DNA of 64,000 nucleotides from Pseudomonadota bacterium (GTDB taxonomy: Bacteria; Desulfobacterota; Binatia; Binatales; Binataceae), in the NCBI GenBank assembly GCA_021324885.1, contig JAJPIF010000029.1, positions 1,078 through 65,077 of the forward strand, read 5' to 3'. The translations under genes were made by a program, and so were the position numbers. Positions 19,400 to 28,736 of this stretch are shown one piece after another (positions within the stretch are counted from its first letter, which is position 1; the number at the start of each line of letters is the position of its first letter). The notes beneath the pieces are model-generated. The model saw nothing but the letters and a program-made list of their open reading frames with translations, searched no databases and was not told the origin of the DNA.

Positions 19400-20494
19400 C
19401 TACTTGAGGCTTTCGAGGTAAGCGACCAACTGATCCAGCTCCTTGCCCCGCAGGCCCAAAGGCGGCATCTGCGCGCCCGGTTTCAGCGCCTCCGGATCTT
19501 CGATCCAGGCAGCCACGTTTGCCGGCGTATTGACGTAGATGCTGCCTGCAAAAGTGGTGCGGCTGCCGAAATGTGTCAGGTTCGGACCGATATAACCGGA
19601 CGACACGCCCTTGATAGCATGGCAGGTGGTGCAGGCGCTGGTCAAAAAGACGTGCTCGCCCGCTGCCGCCGCTCCCTGGTTGGCGTTACGCGGTCCGGAA
19701 GTCTGATTGGCCAGCCAGTTCGCGTAATCTACCGGCGTCTGGACGAAAATCCTGAATTTCATGTTGGCGTGTGACAGCCCGCAAAATTCCGCGCATTCAC
19801 CGATGTACTCGCCGGGGGTGTCAGGAGTAAAAGTCAGCTCGTTGACATGACCGGGGATCACGTCGCGCTTGCCGCCCATCCCGGGAACCCAGAAGCTGTG
19901 TATCACATCGGCGGAATTGAGCAGGAAGCGGGCGGGGCGGCCAACCGGTATATGCACCTCATCGGCCGTCTCGACGCCCAGACCAGGATAATCGAACTGC
20001 CACCACCATTGATGGGCGGTGACGTTGATGATGAGCGAATGCGGCGGCGGCGTCGCCGGTTGCGAACGGAAGACGATCCTCAGCGAGGGCACCGCGATAA
20101 ACAGGAGAATCAGCGCCGGGCCCGCGGTCCACGCGATTTCCAGCTCGATCGATTCCCCATGGGGCGGCGGCGGACCGGGTTGATCCTCCCGGGCGCGCGT
20201 CGAATAGCGGGTCAGGAGCAGGAAAATCAGGCCGCAGATCAGGGCCAGGATCAGGCTGTCCCACACGATGGTTTCGAGATAAACGCCCTGCACCCAATGA
20301 CCCAGGTCGGAGCGGGGAGCAAAGGTGCTGGCGGGGAAGTCCGCCGGATTGCAACCGGCCAGCAGCACGGGCATCGCGACCAGCGCGGCAAACTCAGCGC
20401 GCCGCAAATAGCTTTTCAGGTTGTTCACCATACTCCGACCCCGAGGGCTCAGGGCGCGCGCGCAAGGCAACGGGTTGGACAGGCAAAAGCTCAT
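19400..20494 (-). CDS. ctaC: Cytochrome c oxidase subunit II with C-terminal cytochrome c (caa3)
   Basis: Lipobox LLAGC, HQWWW, DVIHSFW, CuA motif CAEFCGLSHANM, heme motif CTTCH. Start 20494 (ATGA overlap) or 20431. Confidence 0.95.
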   Translation of the reverse strand: MSFCLSNPLPCARALSPRGRSMVNNLKSYLRRAEFAALVAMPVLLAGCNPADFPASTFAPRSDLGHWVQGVYLETIVWDSLILALICGLIFLLLTRYSTRAREDQPGPPPPHGESIELEIAWTAGPALILLFIAVPSLRIVFRSQPATPPPHSLIINVTAHQWWWQFDYPGLGVETADEVHIPVGRPARFLLNSADVIHSFWVPGMGGKRDVIPGHVNELTFTPDTPGEYIGECAEFCGLSHANMKFRIFVQTPVDYANWLANQTSGPRNANQGAAAAGEHVFLTSACTTCHAIKGVSSGYIGPNLTHFGSRTTFAGSIYVNTPANVAAWIEDPEALKPGAQMPPLGLRGKELDQLVAYLESLK

Positions 20495-21648
20495 TCTCCA
20501 CCCCTTTCTTCCGCTGGCCGCAGCATGGCTGGCCATGGCAGCTCCCGCAGGGCGGGCATCGTGGTCAAGCCGAAGGCGCCCAGAAAGCCAAGCGTGATCA
20601 GCACTTCGATCCATCCAAAAGGAATGTGATTGCGCGATAGGGACGGCACGACCAGAACATAGCGTTCGATCCACATCCCGATCAGTCCGAAAACCGCGAC
20701 GGTCCCCAGGATACCGCGGGTACGTTTGGGTTTCTGTCCCATCAGCACGCAGAACGGCACCGCCCAGACCAGTCCAAAGGCGGTCCATCCAAGCGCACCC
20801 CAGGGAAGATAGTTGACCCGTGGCGCAACGAAGAAGGTCTCGGCCGGCATGTCGCCGTACCAGATGACAATATACTGCGCGAACAGCAGATAAACCCAGA
20901 ACACGGAGCAGGCGAAGAACAGCTTGCCGATATCGTGCAACGCATCGTGGTACCGATGTTTTTCTGCGTCGCTCACGTCGCGCCCGGTCACTGCCGAGAT
21001 AAGCGCCATCATAACGACGGCGCTCCAGAAGGCGCCGGTGAAAAAATACGCGCCGAACAATGTACTGTGCCATCGCGGGGCCAGCGACATCACCAGGTCA
21101 AACGCGATCAGGGTATAGATCGCCGCGAACGACAGCGTCATGAAGACGGCCGCCCGCCGAATTGGCGGTGGCGAATCTCCAATGTCGCCGGTGGATGCGG
21201 CCCATCGACGGACCTCTTCACGCCGCGAGACGCGAACAAACCAGTAGCTCAGGGCCGTGATAAAGAACAGCGCAGCACCGTCGCGGGCAAAGAAAAACGG
21301 AACGTTAAGCCAGTCCTTTTTTTCCGCCAGGGGATGGTCCACCCAGACGAACAGGACGTGCCGGCCCGCGTACAACGCCCAAAAGAGCAGGAAACTGAGG
21401 GGAAGAAAACCAAGGAAGGATTCTGCCAGGCGGTACAATTTCGCTCCGCCCCAGCGCGCATTGGCAAGATAAAAGGCCGCTGACGCGCAAATTCCGCCCT
21501 GCGCAATTCCCATCCAGAACAGCAGGTTGACCAGGAACACTTCCCAGACCCGCTGGGCCGAGCCGTCGGAAAGGCCGGCCACGAAGGCGGCGACCCCTAC
21601 GGCAACGGCGACTAACAACAAGAGAGTGATGCGACGGTCACCGTTCAT
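20491..21648 (-). CDS. actF: Alternative complex III subunit F (NrfD-like)
   Basis: About 10 TM, FDLVMSLAPRWHSTLFG, QYIVIWYGDMP; operon position. Confidence 0.9.
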   Translation of the reverse strand: MNGDRRITLLLLVAVAVGVAAFVAGLSDGSAQRVWEVFLVNLLFWMGIAQGGICASAAFYLANARWGGAKLYRLAESFLGFLPLSFLLFWALYAGRHVLFVWVDHPLAEKKDWLNVPFFFARDGAALFFITALSYWFVRVSRREEVRRWAASTGDIGDSPPPIRRAAVFMTLSFAAIYTLIAFDLVMSLAPRWHSTLFGAYFFTGAFWSAVVMMALISAVTGRDVSDAEKHRYHDALHDIGKLFFACSVFWVYLLFAQYIVIWYGDMPAETFFVAPRVNYLPWGALGWTAFGLVWAVPFCVLMGQKPKRTRGILGTVAVFGLIGMWIERYVLVVPSLSRNHIPFGWIEVLITLGFLGAFGLTTMPALRELPWPAMLRPAEERGGE

Positions 21649-22226
21649 TTCGCGCTTACCTTCTGTGGAACCGGGTGAATCGGGCCTGCCTGTTGCGGAA
21701 CAGCGCGCGCCGCGTTTGCCTGCTGTTGGAGCGAGCGCACGTAGAGCACGACCTCCCATCGCTCGTGGGACGACATCGCATCACCATAACCGGGCATCAC
21801 GATGCTGCCGTTGCGAATCGTCGCGTAGATGTAGCCGTCGCTGCGCTGCGCCGCGACCCCGCTGGTGAGGTCGGCCGGCGGTAAACGCAAAAGGAAACCC
21901 ACCGGGCCGCCGCCGCGTCCGTCGTTGTTATGGCACACCGCGCAATTGGTATCGAAAAGGTCCTTGCCCGCGGCCAGCACCGCAGGCGTGGGCTTAAGTG
22001 GATTGTGCAGCGTGACTGCGGCAACCTCACGGCTCATCGGAGGGACTCCATTGATGGCGAGGGTGCCGGCGGGCATATTGCGCGGCGCTTCCGACAATGG
22101 CTGCACGGCCTCGCCGCGAAACATGTCAATACTCCAGGGAAATGCGCCGGCGCTATGCGCTGCAAGCAGCAGCCATGCGCAGACGACAAGACCGAGCCAC
22201 CACACCGGCGCTTCAGGCCGTTTCAC
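21645..22226 (-). CDS. actE: Alternative complex III monoheme cytochrome c subunit E
   Basis: Signal peptide, DMFRG..VQP, CAVCH, MPGYG, ERWEVVLYVRSLQ. Confidence 0.9.
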   Translation of the reverse strand: MKRPEAPVWWLGLVVCAWLLLAAHSAGAFPWSIDMFRGEAVQPLSEAPRNMPAGTLAINGVPPMSREVAAVTLHNPLKPTPAVLAAGKDLFDTNCAVCHNNDGRGGGPVGFLLRLPPADLTSGVAAQRSDGYIYATIRNGSIVMPGYGDAMSSHERWEVVLYVRSLQQQANAARAVPQQAGPIHPVPQKVSAK

Positions 22227-22725
22227 GTTCCACCTCCTCCGCGCCGGAATTTCTCAGCAGCGACTCCGCACGCCCCGTCTGATCGGGTCCGCAGGTCACC
22301 CATACGCCGAAGCGGTCGCCACTGAATCTTTCCGAGTATCCGATTTTCGACTCCGCCGCCGGCAAACGGCCGAACAGCAGGAATGCTGCGATACCGGACA
22401 GTCCGCCCAGCAGAATCATCAGCTCATAGGCGATTACAATGTAGGGTGTTATCGAAATAATCGGCTTTCCGCCGGCAACGTGCGGCCAGGTCAGCGAGGT
22501 GCCGATAGTCAGAGCGAATCCGCTCAGCGCACCCAGAATACCGCCGACGAGCACGAAAACCCGCACCGGACTTTTCTTGAGCGCCAGGGCTTCGAGCACT
22601 CTGTCACTGGGAATCGGAGAGAAAACCTCCAGCTTCGAGTAGCCGGCCCGCCGAAGGCTTTCGATTCCCTCGGCGCATTCCTCTTCGTCCGTGAATACTC
22701 CCAATATCCGAACCGGATCGCTCAT
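22213..22725 (-). CDS. actD: Alternative complex III subunit D (DUF3341)
   Basis: EVFSPIP, GGKPIIS, YELMILLG; ATGA overlap with actC. Confidence 0.9.
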   Translation of the reverse strand: MSDPVRILGVFTDEEECAEGIESLRRAGYSKLEVFSPIPSDRVLEALALKKSPVRVFVLVGGILGALSGFALTIGTSLTWPHVAGGKPIISITPYIVIAYELMILLGGLSGIAAFLLFGRLPAAESKIGYSERFSGDRFGVWVTCGPDQTGRAESLLRNSGAEEVERETA

Positions 22726-24068
22726 GCTGCCTCCGCGGATTCCTGGCGCAGCGCCTGCCGCAGCCATCGCAGTCCTTCCTTCAACTCGGTCGTCGAAATA
22801 ATCGGCAGGAAGCGGGCGAACAAACTGAACATCATCAGGAAAAAGGCGAAAGTGCCGGCAGTGAGGCTGGCTTCGGTGACGCTCGGAGTGTGGAATCCCC
22901 ACTGCGAAGGCATGAAATTAGTAGCCAGCGATCCGGCAATAATCACGTAGCGTTCCAGCCACATGCCCACATTGATCAACAAGGAGATGATGAACAGCAG
23001 CGTGAGATTGCGCCGGACCTTGGCCGAAAATAGCAGCAGCGGCACGATGCAATTACAGAAGACCATCAGCCAGAACAGGTATCCGTAAGGCCCGAAGTAA
23101 CGTTCATGGAAAGTCATTACTTCAAACGGGTCCTTGCTGTACCAGGCCATCCATGACTCGACCAGATACGAGTAAGTAACTATCAGGGAGGTGAACAGAA
23201 CGATTCGCGCCAGGTTATCGATGTGCCATGGCGTAATCAGGTCTTCCAGGTCGAGCCATTTGCGCACCGGGATCATGAGCGTCAAGACCATCGCGCAGCC
23301 TGAGAAAATCGCACCGGCGACGAAATAGGGGGCGAAGATCGTGCTGTGCCATCCGGGAAGCTGCGCCATTGCGAAGTCCCACGACACCACGCTGTGAACC
23401 GAGATGACAAGCGGCGTGGCCAATCCGGCCAACAGCAGGTAGACGCCCTTGTAATGGCGCCATTGATCGTCCGATCCCTGCCACCCCAAACACACCAGTC
23501 CATAGAAGAACTTGCGCCATCCGGTGGATTCATCCCGCGCCGTGGCCACGTCAGGAATCAATCCCATGAACAGGAACAGGATACTGATGGTCAGGTAGGT
23601 GCTGACCGCAAACGCGTCCCAGACCAGCGGCGAGCGGAAATCAGGCTGCAGCCAGCGTTCGTTGGGGTAAGGCAACAGCCAATAGAAAAACCATACGCGC
23701 CCCAGATGCATCAACGGACACAATCCCGCGGTCATTACCGCGAACGCCGTCATGGTTTCGGCGATACGGTAAACGGCGGTCCGCCAGCGGCTGCGAAACA
23801 GATACAGAATCGCGGAGATCAGGGTGCCGGAGTGGGCGATTCCGACCCAAAAGACGAAATTGGTGATGTACATCGCCCACATGTTGGGCTGTTTCAGGTT
23901 GGTTACGCCCAGACCGTTGTAAATCTGATTCACCCAGCACAAACCGGCCCAGACCACGACGGTAAACAGAAAGCCGATCCAAACCCAGTATTTCCACCCC
24001 GGCCACTCCAGGGTGCGCATCACCGTGCGGTCGATCTCGTGATAATCAGGCTGAGGGACGGCAGCCAC
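22722..24068 (-). CDS. actC: Alternative complex III quinol-oxidising subunit C (NrfD/PsrC family)
   Basis: ITNFVFWVGIAHSGTLISAIL, HLGRVW, FRSPLVWD, ISVHSVVSWDF. Confidence 0.95.
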   Translation of the reverse strand: MAAVPQPDYHEIDRTVMRTLEWPGWKYWVWIGFLFTVVVWAGLCWVNQIYNGLGVTNLKQPNMWAMYITNFVFWVGIAHSGTLISAILYLFRSRWRTAVYRIAETMTAFAVMTAGLCPLMHLGRVWFFYWLLPYPNERWLQPDFRSPLVWDAFAVSTYLTISILFLFMGLIPDVATARDESTGWRKFFYGLVCLGWQGSDDQWRHYKGVYLLLAGLATPLVISVHSVVSWDFAMAQLPGWHSTIFAPYFVAGAIFSGCAMVLTLMIPVRKWLDLEDLITPWHIDNLARIVLFTSLIVTYSYLVESWMAWYSKDPFEVMTFHERYFGPYGYLFWLMVFCNCIVPLLLFSAKVRRNLTLLFIISLLINVGMWLERYVIIAGSLATNFMPSQWGFHTPSVTEASLTAGTFAFFLMMFSLFARFLPIISTTELKEGLRWLRQALRQESAEAA

Positions 24069-26984
24069 TTAGACTTCTCCTCTCGGTCTGTAAACCTGGC
24101 GCAAATAAGTTATCGCCGGCAGGGTATTGAGCGGCTCCAGCGCCTTGTAGACGCGAATCTCGTGCTCGCGCCGCCGCTTCATCATCGCGCTGTCAGGATC
24201 TTTCATGTCGCCGAAGGTAATCGCGCGGCTGGGGCAGGCCTCGGCACAAGCCGGAACTATCTCGCCGTCGCGTACGTTGCGGTTCTCGGTGAGCGCCTGG
24301 ATTTCTCCGAAACGGATCCGCTGGACGCAGAACGTGCACTTTTCCATCACGCCGGCGCCGCGCACGGTGACGTCGGGGTTGAGTTGCAGGTTGAGCGGTT
24401 TGGGCCATGCCGGCTTGAACCAGTTGAAATGCCGGACCTTGTAAGGACAGTTGTTTTCGCAGTACCGGGTGCCAATACAGCGGTTGTACACCTGGAGATT
24501 GAGCCCTTCATTGCTGTGCACCGCGGCAAACACCGGGCATACCGGTTCACAGGGGGCATGCGAGCATTGCTGACATAACATCGGCATCGTCAGCAGCGTC
24601 GGCGAATCAGCGGTCTCGGGCAAGTAGCGCTCCAGCCGGATCCATTGCATGATATGACCGCGCCTGACTTCTTCCTTGCCCACGAAGGGAACGTTGTTTT
24701 CCGCGTAGCAGGCGGCGATACATGCGCCGCATCCGGTGCAGGCGTTCAAGTCGATAGTCATTCCCCATTCGTGCTTCGGATAGACTACCGGCTGATACAG
24801 CTCCGACGGAGAGGGGTACGGCTCTTCCCACGGCTGCGGCTTCTCCCCGCGTTGAAATTCGGCCAGCGTCATGGTCTCCACGATCGGCCGGTTGTACATA
24901 TCTCCCGTGTAGACGGGACTGACAAGTTCGCGCTGGCCGACGCCACGGTTGTATTTGATCGCAATAGTCAGCCGCCCCGGCGGCAGCACCGCCCATGGGT
25001 TGGCGCCGCGGTTGCGCGCATAGCGGCCATAACTCGTGTGTCCCTGCCCGATCGGCACCGCAATGGCGGCAGGATGGACACCAGTGGTAATGTGCACGGG
25101 CACTTCGATCGTGCCCAGCGGCGAAGTGAGCTGGATTAGATCGTTCTTGTTGACGTTGAGCCGCTTCGCCGTATCAGGATGGACTTCGGCCCACGAATCC
25201 CAGACGATCTGGCTGACCGGTTCAGCAATTTCCTGCAGCCACGGTTTGTCGGCACCGCTGCCGTCATAGAGATAAGGATGGGGAAACGCGTTGAGTATCA
25301 GCTCCGCGCCCTCGAGGTCTTCGGGCAACTTGATTGCACTCTGAGAAAAGGCGGGCTGCAATTTAACTGCGGCGGGTTTGACGTTGGTAAAATAACCGCC
25401 CTCGCGCAGTGCCTGATCCCAGAACGCGTCGAAACCTTCGGCCCCCACGTGGTTCTTGAATCTTTGCTGCCAGAACGCCCGCACCGCATCCTGCGTATTT
25501 TCAAATGGAAGAGCGGACGCTTTGGGCGCCGCTGCGCGCGCGGTCTCGATCAGGATGTCGCCCAGCGGTTTGCTGTATACCACCCGGGTCATGGTGGGCT
25601 GGCGCAAACCGTAAACTCCCGGACGCGCGCATGTATCGCCCCAATCTTCGACCCAGTGATTGACAGGCAGCAGCAGATGCGCGAGCTGGGCGGTCTCGTC
25701 CGGGACATTGCCGCACCACACCACCAGCGGCACCTTACGTAAGGCCTCGCCGAAATGCACCTGGGGCGACGCGGAGAACTGGGGATTGGTATTCGCGATC
25801 AATGCGACCTTGATCTTGCCGTCGTGCATCGCTTGGACGGCGACATCAAGATTTTGCGCCGGCGCACCGGCCGGGGTTTCAGGTTCGTACAGATCGACGG
25901 TCTTGCCCAGATTGCCGGTGGCCGCGTTAAGCAGCCAGGCGGCAACGTGCGCCGCCTCGTCATCGCTGCCGGCCAAAGCCACAGCACCGTCAGCCTGACC
26001 GAATTGTTGCGCCATCTTTTCGATGGTCTCGGCCCTGATGCCCGCCTTGGTGGCAACCGCGGCCGGATCGAAGGGCGCCACCAGATTGCGCAGGGCCTGC
26101 ATGTCCAGTCCGGGAGCAGGATGAGCCAGGCCTTTATCGAGAATCACTCTCAGGATGGCCAATCCGACGGCCGCCTCGTAGGCCGGATGGCAAGGCAGGA
26201 AGTAGTCGCATTTGGCGGCGGTGATGCTCATCCGGGGACCGACGTAATACGCCAGTCCGAATTTGGCGTTGGCGCCCGGATTTACCGGGGTATGAAAAAC
26301 GGCGTACTGGCGCGCCAGTTCCACGGGCGATCCCCAGGTCTCAAGAAAATCGGCGCGCAGCGAGAGCAGTACCTCGGCCCGATCGATATGATAAGCAGGG
26401 ACGAATTCCCGACCGAAACACAATTGCATGGCCGCGCGTTGCTGCGCGCCATCGAGCGGCGCATAAGCCACGCGCATGCGGGAATTAAGCGCGCCTATCC
26501 ATTGCTCAACCATCCACTCGTGAGCCGGACCCATCGGCGGTCCGATAAACGCGATCTGATCGGAGCCGGCGGCGGCCTCACGCAGGGCCTTGTTGATCTG
26601 GCCCATCGCCGCGTCCCAGGGAATCGGATTGATAAGTCCGTCGGCGCCGCGCCGATGGGGCCGCTGCAGACGATCGGGATTGTAAAGACCCTGTAAGGCG
26701 GCCTGACCACGGGCGCACGACGCGCCCTGACTGATCGGATCGACGGGGTTGCCTTCCAGTTTGATTACCCGGCCTTCGCGCACGCGCGCGACCACGCCGC
26801 AGCCCGCCGCGCATTCGTTGCACGAGGAGGCAAAGAACGCCGGCGTTCCCGGGATGACGTCGTCGTCGGGTATGACGTAGGGAATCAGATGGCGGGCGGC
26901 AGGTTTGCACCCGGGAACCGCGGCGGCGGCGCCGCTGGCGGCGGCCAGCTTCAGAAATGAGCGTCTGGATACTTCAACCGGCAT
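24069..26984 (-). CDS. actB: Alternative complex III subunit B (molybdopterin-oxidoreductase-like plus Fe-S domain)
   Basis: Tat motif SRRSFLK then PGC; KLEGNP; Fe-S motifs CTGCGACIAAC, CQQCSHAPCEPVC, CIGTRYCENNC, CTFC...PACAEAC. Confidence 0.95.
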   Translation of the reverse strand: MPVEVSRRSFLKLAAASGAAAAVPGCKPAARHLIPYVIPDDDVIPGTPAFFASSCNECAAGCGVVARVREGRVIKLEGNPVDPISQGASCARGQAALQGLYNPDRLQRPHRRGADGLINPIPWDAAMGQINKALREAAAGSDQIAFIGPPMGPAHEWMVEQWIGALNSRMRVAYAPLDGAQQRAAMQLCFGREFVPAYHIDRAEVLLSLRADFLETWGSPVELARQYAVFHTPVNPGANAKFGLAYYVGPRMSITAAKCDYFLPCHPAYEAAVGLAILRVILDKGLAHPAPGLDMQALRNLVAPFDPAAVATKAGIRAETIEKMAQQFGQADGAVALAGSDDEAAHVAAWLLNAATGNLGKTVDLYEPETPAGAPAQNLDVAVQAMHDGKIKVALIANTNPQFSASPQVHFGEALRKVPLVVWCGNVPDETAQLAHLLLPVNHWVEDWGDTCARPGVYGLRQPTMTRVVYSKPLGDILIETARAAAPKASALPFENTQDAVRAFWQQRFKNHVGAEGFDAFWDQALREGGYFTNVKPAAVKLQPAFSQSAIKLPEDLEGAELILNAFPHPYLYDGSGADKPWLQEIAEPVSQIVWDSWAEVHPDTAKRLNVNKNDLIQLTSPLGTIEVPVHITTGVHPAAIAVPIGQGHTSYGRYARNRGANPWAVLPPGRLTIAIKYNRGVGQRELVSPVYTGDMYNRPIVETMTLAEFQRGEKPQPWEEPYPSPSELYQPVVYPKHEWGMTIDLNACTGCGACIAACYAENNVPFVGKEEVRRGHIMQWIRLERYLPETADSPTLLTMPMLCQQCSHAPCEPVCPVFAAVHSNEGLNLQVYNRCIGTRYCENNCPYKVRHFNWFKPAWPKPLNLQLNPDVTVRGAGVMEKCTFCVQRIRFGEIQALTENRNVRDGEIVPACAEACPSRAITFGDMKDPDSAMMKRRREHEIRVYKALEPLNTLPAITYLRQVYRPRGEV

Positions 26985-26996
26985 TCGGTGTTGACC

Positions 26997-27512
26997 TTAG
27001 TAATGGCAAGTCGAGCACTCGATGCTGACGTGCCTCTGTGTATGGCAGTTGAGACAAAAACCCATATTTATCTCGTATACTGGAGTAACCCGATCCATGG
27101 TCTCGACCGGGCCATGACAGCGCTGACAAGCGATGCCGGCGTGAATGTGTGGCGAGTGATAAAAGCGCACGAAATCGGGCAGAGTATAAACGCGATTCCA
27201 GCGCACGTCGAAGGCCGCCTGCTCATGATCGATCCATGGCTTGTCCACCGGATGCAGCGCGAACTGCTGCGCCAGACTGGCATGACAGCCAACGCAGCGC
27301 TCTATCGGCGGCACTCCTGAATTTTCCGATCGGCGCGCGTATTCATGGCAGTACTGGCAGGGGATGTGACGGATCCCGGCGTGAATACGATGGCTGAAGG
27401 GGATCGGCTGGACCACATCGGAACGCGCCAGCCATGGCCGTTGCGAAAGCAGGGCCATCGAGATTCCGCCGATCAGGATCAGGACCGCTACACCTATCGC
27501 GCCGTACTTCAT
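26997..27512 (-). CDS. actA: Alternative complex III pentaheme cytochrome c subunit A
   Basis: N-terminal TM, QPIPFSHRIH, five CxxCH (CQYCH, CVGCH, CQRCH, CLNCH, CSTCH). Confidence 0.93.
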   Translation of the reverse strand: MKYGAIGVAVLILIGGISMALLSQRPWLARSDVVQPIPFSHRIHAGIRHIPCQYCHEYARRSENSGVPPIERCVGCHASLAQQFALHPVDKPWIDHEQAAFDVRWNRVYTLPDFVRFYHSPHIHAGIACQRCHGPVETMDRVTPVYEINMGFCLNCHTQRHVSIECSTCHY

Positions 27513-28138
27513 TTGTCAGTATTGCCTTGATCGCCCGTACTGGCCTGACCCTCGGGAACGACCTGACCTTCCAGTTCAGGAGTATTGCCCAGCGGAGCCG
27601 GCAGCAGATGCGCAACCGCACCGGGCTGCTCCGCGCGAGCCTGGAGTTTGGCCAGCGACATGCGCATCGCCGACTCCTGATCGAGCGGCTGACCGTTTAC
27701 CGCCATCCCATTGGCGTTGAGCAGGTAGGAGATAACGTCCCAGTAATCTTCGGCAGTGAGACTGGCGGGTTGATCCGCAGGCATCACCGCGGAGGCAAAT
27801 TCATAAATGTCCTGCACCGTGTGGAATTGAAAATGGCGCATTTTCTGATATGCGCGCGGATCCACCGGAAACGCGGTCGGCCCAATCAAGGGCGGCGCCG
27901 TCATCCCGCGATATATGTCCCGGATACCTTCACCGGACGGCCCGTGACATCGCGCGCACTGGAGGCGAAAGATCTCGCGCCCTTTGCTCACCTGTTCGGC
28001 GGTAAATGCCCGGGCTGACGCCAGGGCAGAGAGGACCAGGCCGACAGTTGCCACCACCACCAGACTCGTGCGAAGGGCCGTGCGCCGAGCGGGGAGGTAT
28101 TCGAGCGTCTTATGCGTACAGGTTTTTATGATAAGCAT
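27509..28138 (-). CDS. Monoheme c-type cytochrome, first gene of the act operon
   Basis: Signal peptide, CARCH, APPLIG, VMPADQPASL; ATGA overlap with actA; start uncertain. Confidence 0.88.
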   Translation of the reverse strand: MLIIKTCTHKTLEYLPARRTALRTSLVVVATVGLVLSALASARAFTAEQVSKGREIFRLQCARCHGPSGEGIRDIYRGMTAPPLIGPTAFPVDPRAYQKMRHFQFHTVQDIYEFASAVMPADQPASLTAEDYWDVISYLLNANGMAVNGQPLDQESAMRMSLAKLQARAEQPGAVAHLLPAPLGNTPELEGQVVPEGQASTGDQGNTDK

Positions 28139-28736
28139 GTCTTCCTATTAATGGACGATGTGCGATACGAAGCAAGAACTTTTTCCGGTCGTCGTGAAAA
28201 AACCGGTCGAGCGGGTGGAAACCGTATCATTTTGAACGCGCGCATGTGCATCCATCCAGGCGGATCCCGGTTGCCCTCAACAAACGGAAATCAGGGGTTC
28301 TGGGTTCCGGTTAGCGGCCGTTCCCATCGGTCGGCTTAACAATCCAATTGGCTCGCAGTCCGGAGCAATACGGTCAGTCCCCTCGGAGCGCGATAAATGC
28401 GGATCGTCAAACCGCCGCAACGCGCTCCGCGGAGCGCTCGGCCGATGGTTATGTACCCCATTGCGGCTCCGATCACAAACGAAATCACCGCTTCGGCTCA
28501 AGCGAAACGGTTGCGATAATTGCCCGGCATCGGAGCCGAATGACATTTGTAACCAAGTTAGTAATAATGCGGTTAACCAGAAAAAAACCAAGTATAGAGA
28601 TTGAGTAATTCGAATCCGGCCGCCACCGATTGCCAAAGCCTCAGCCCGTCTCTCGAACCAATCAATCGATCGAGCAGTACAATCCATCGCGGTTAACAAC
28701 CTCGCCCCACCGTGCCTCTTAAACCGTGATGCCCGT

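Noticed and set aside
19400-21073. 557-aa subunit II as given in the ORF track
   Set aside because: The first ~190 codons overlap actF in another frame; the real start is 20494 or 20431.
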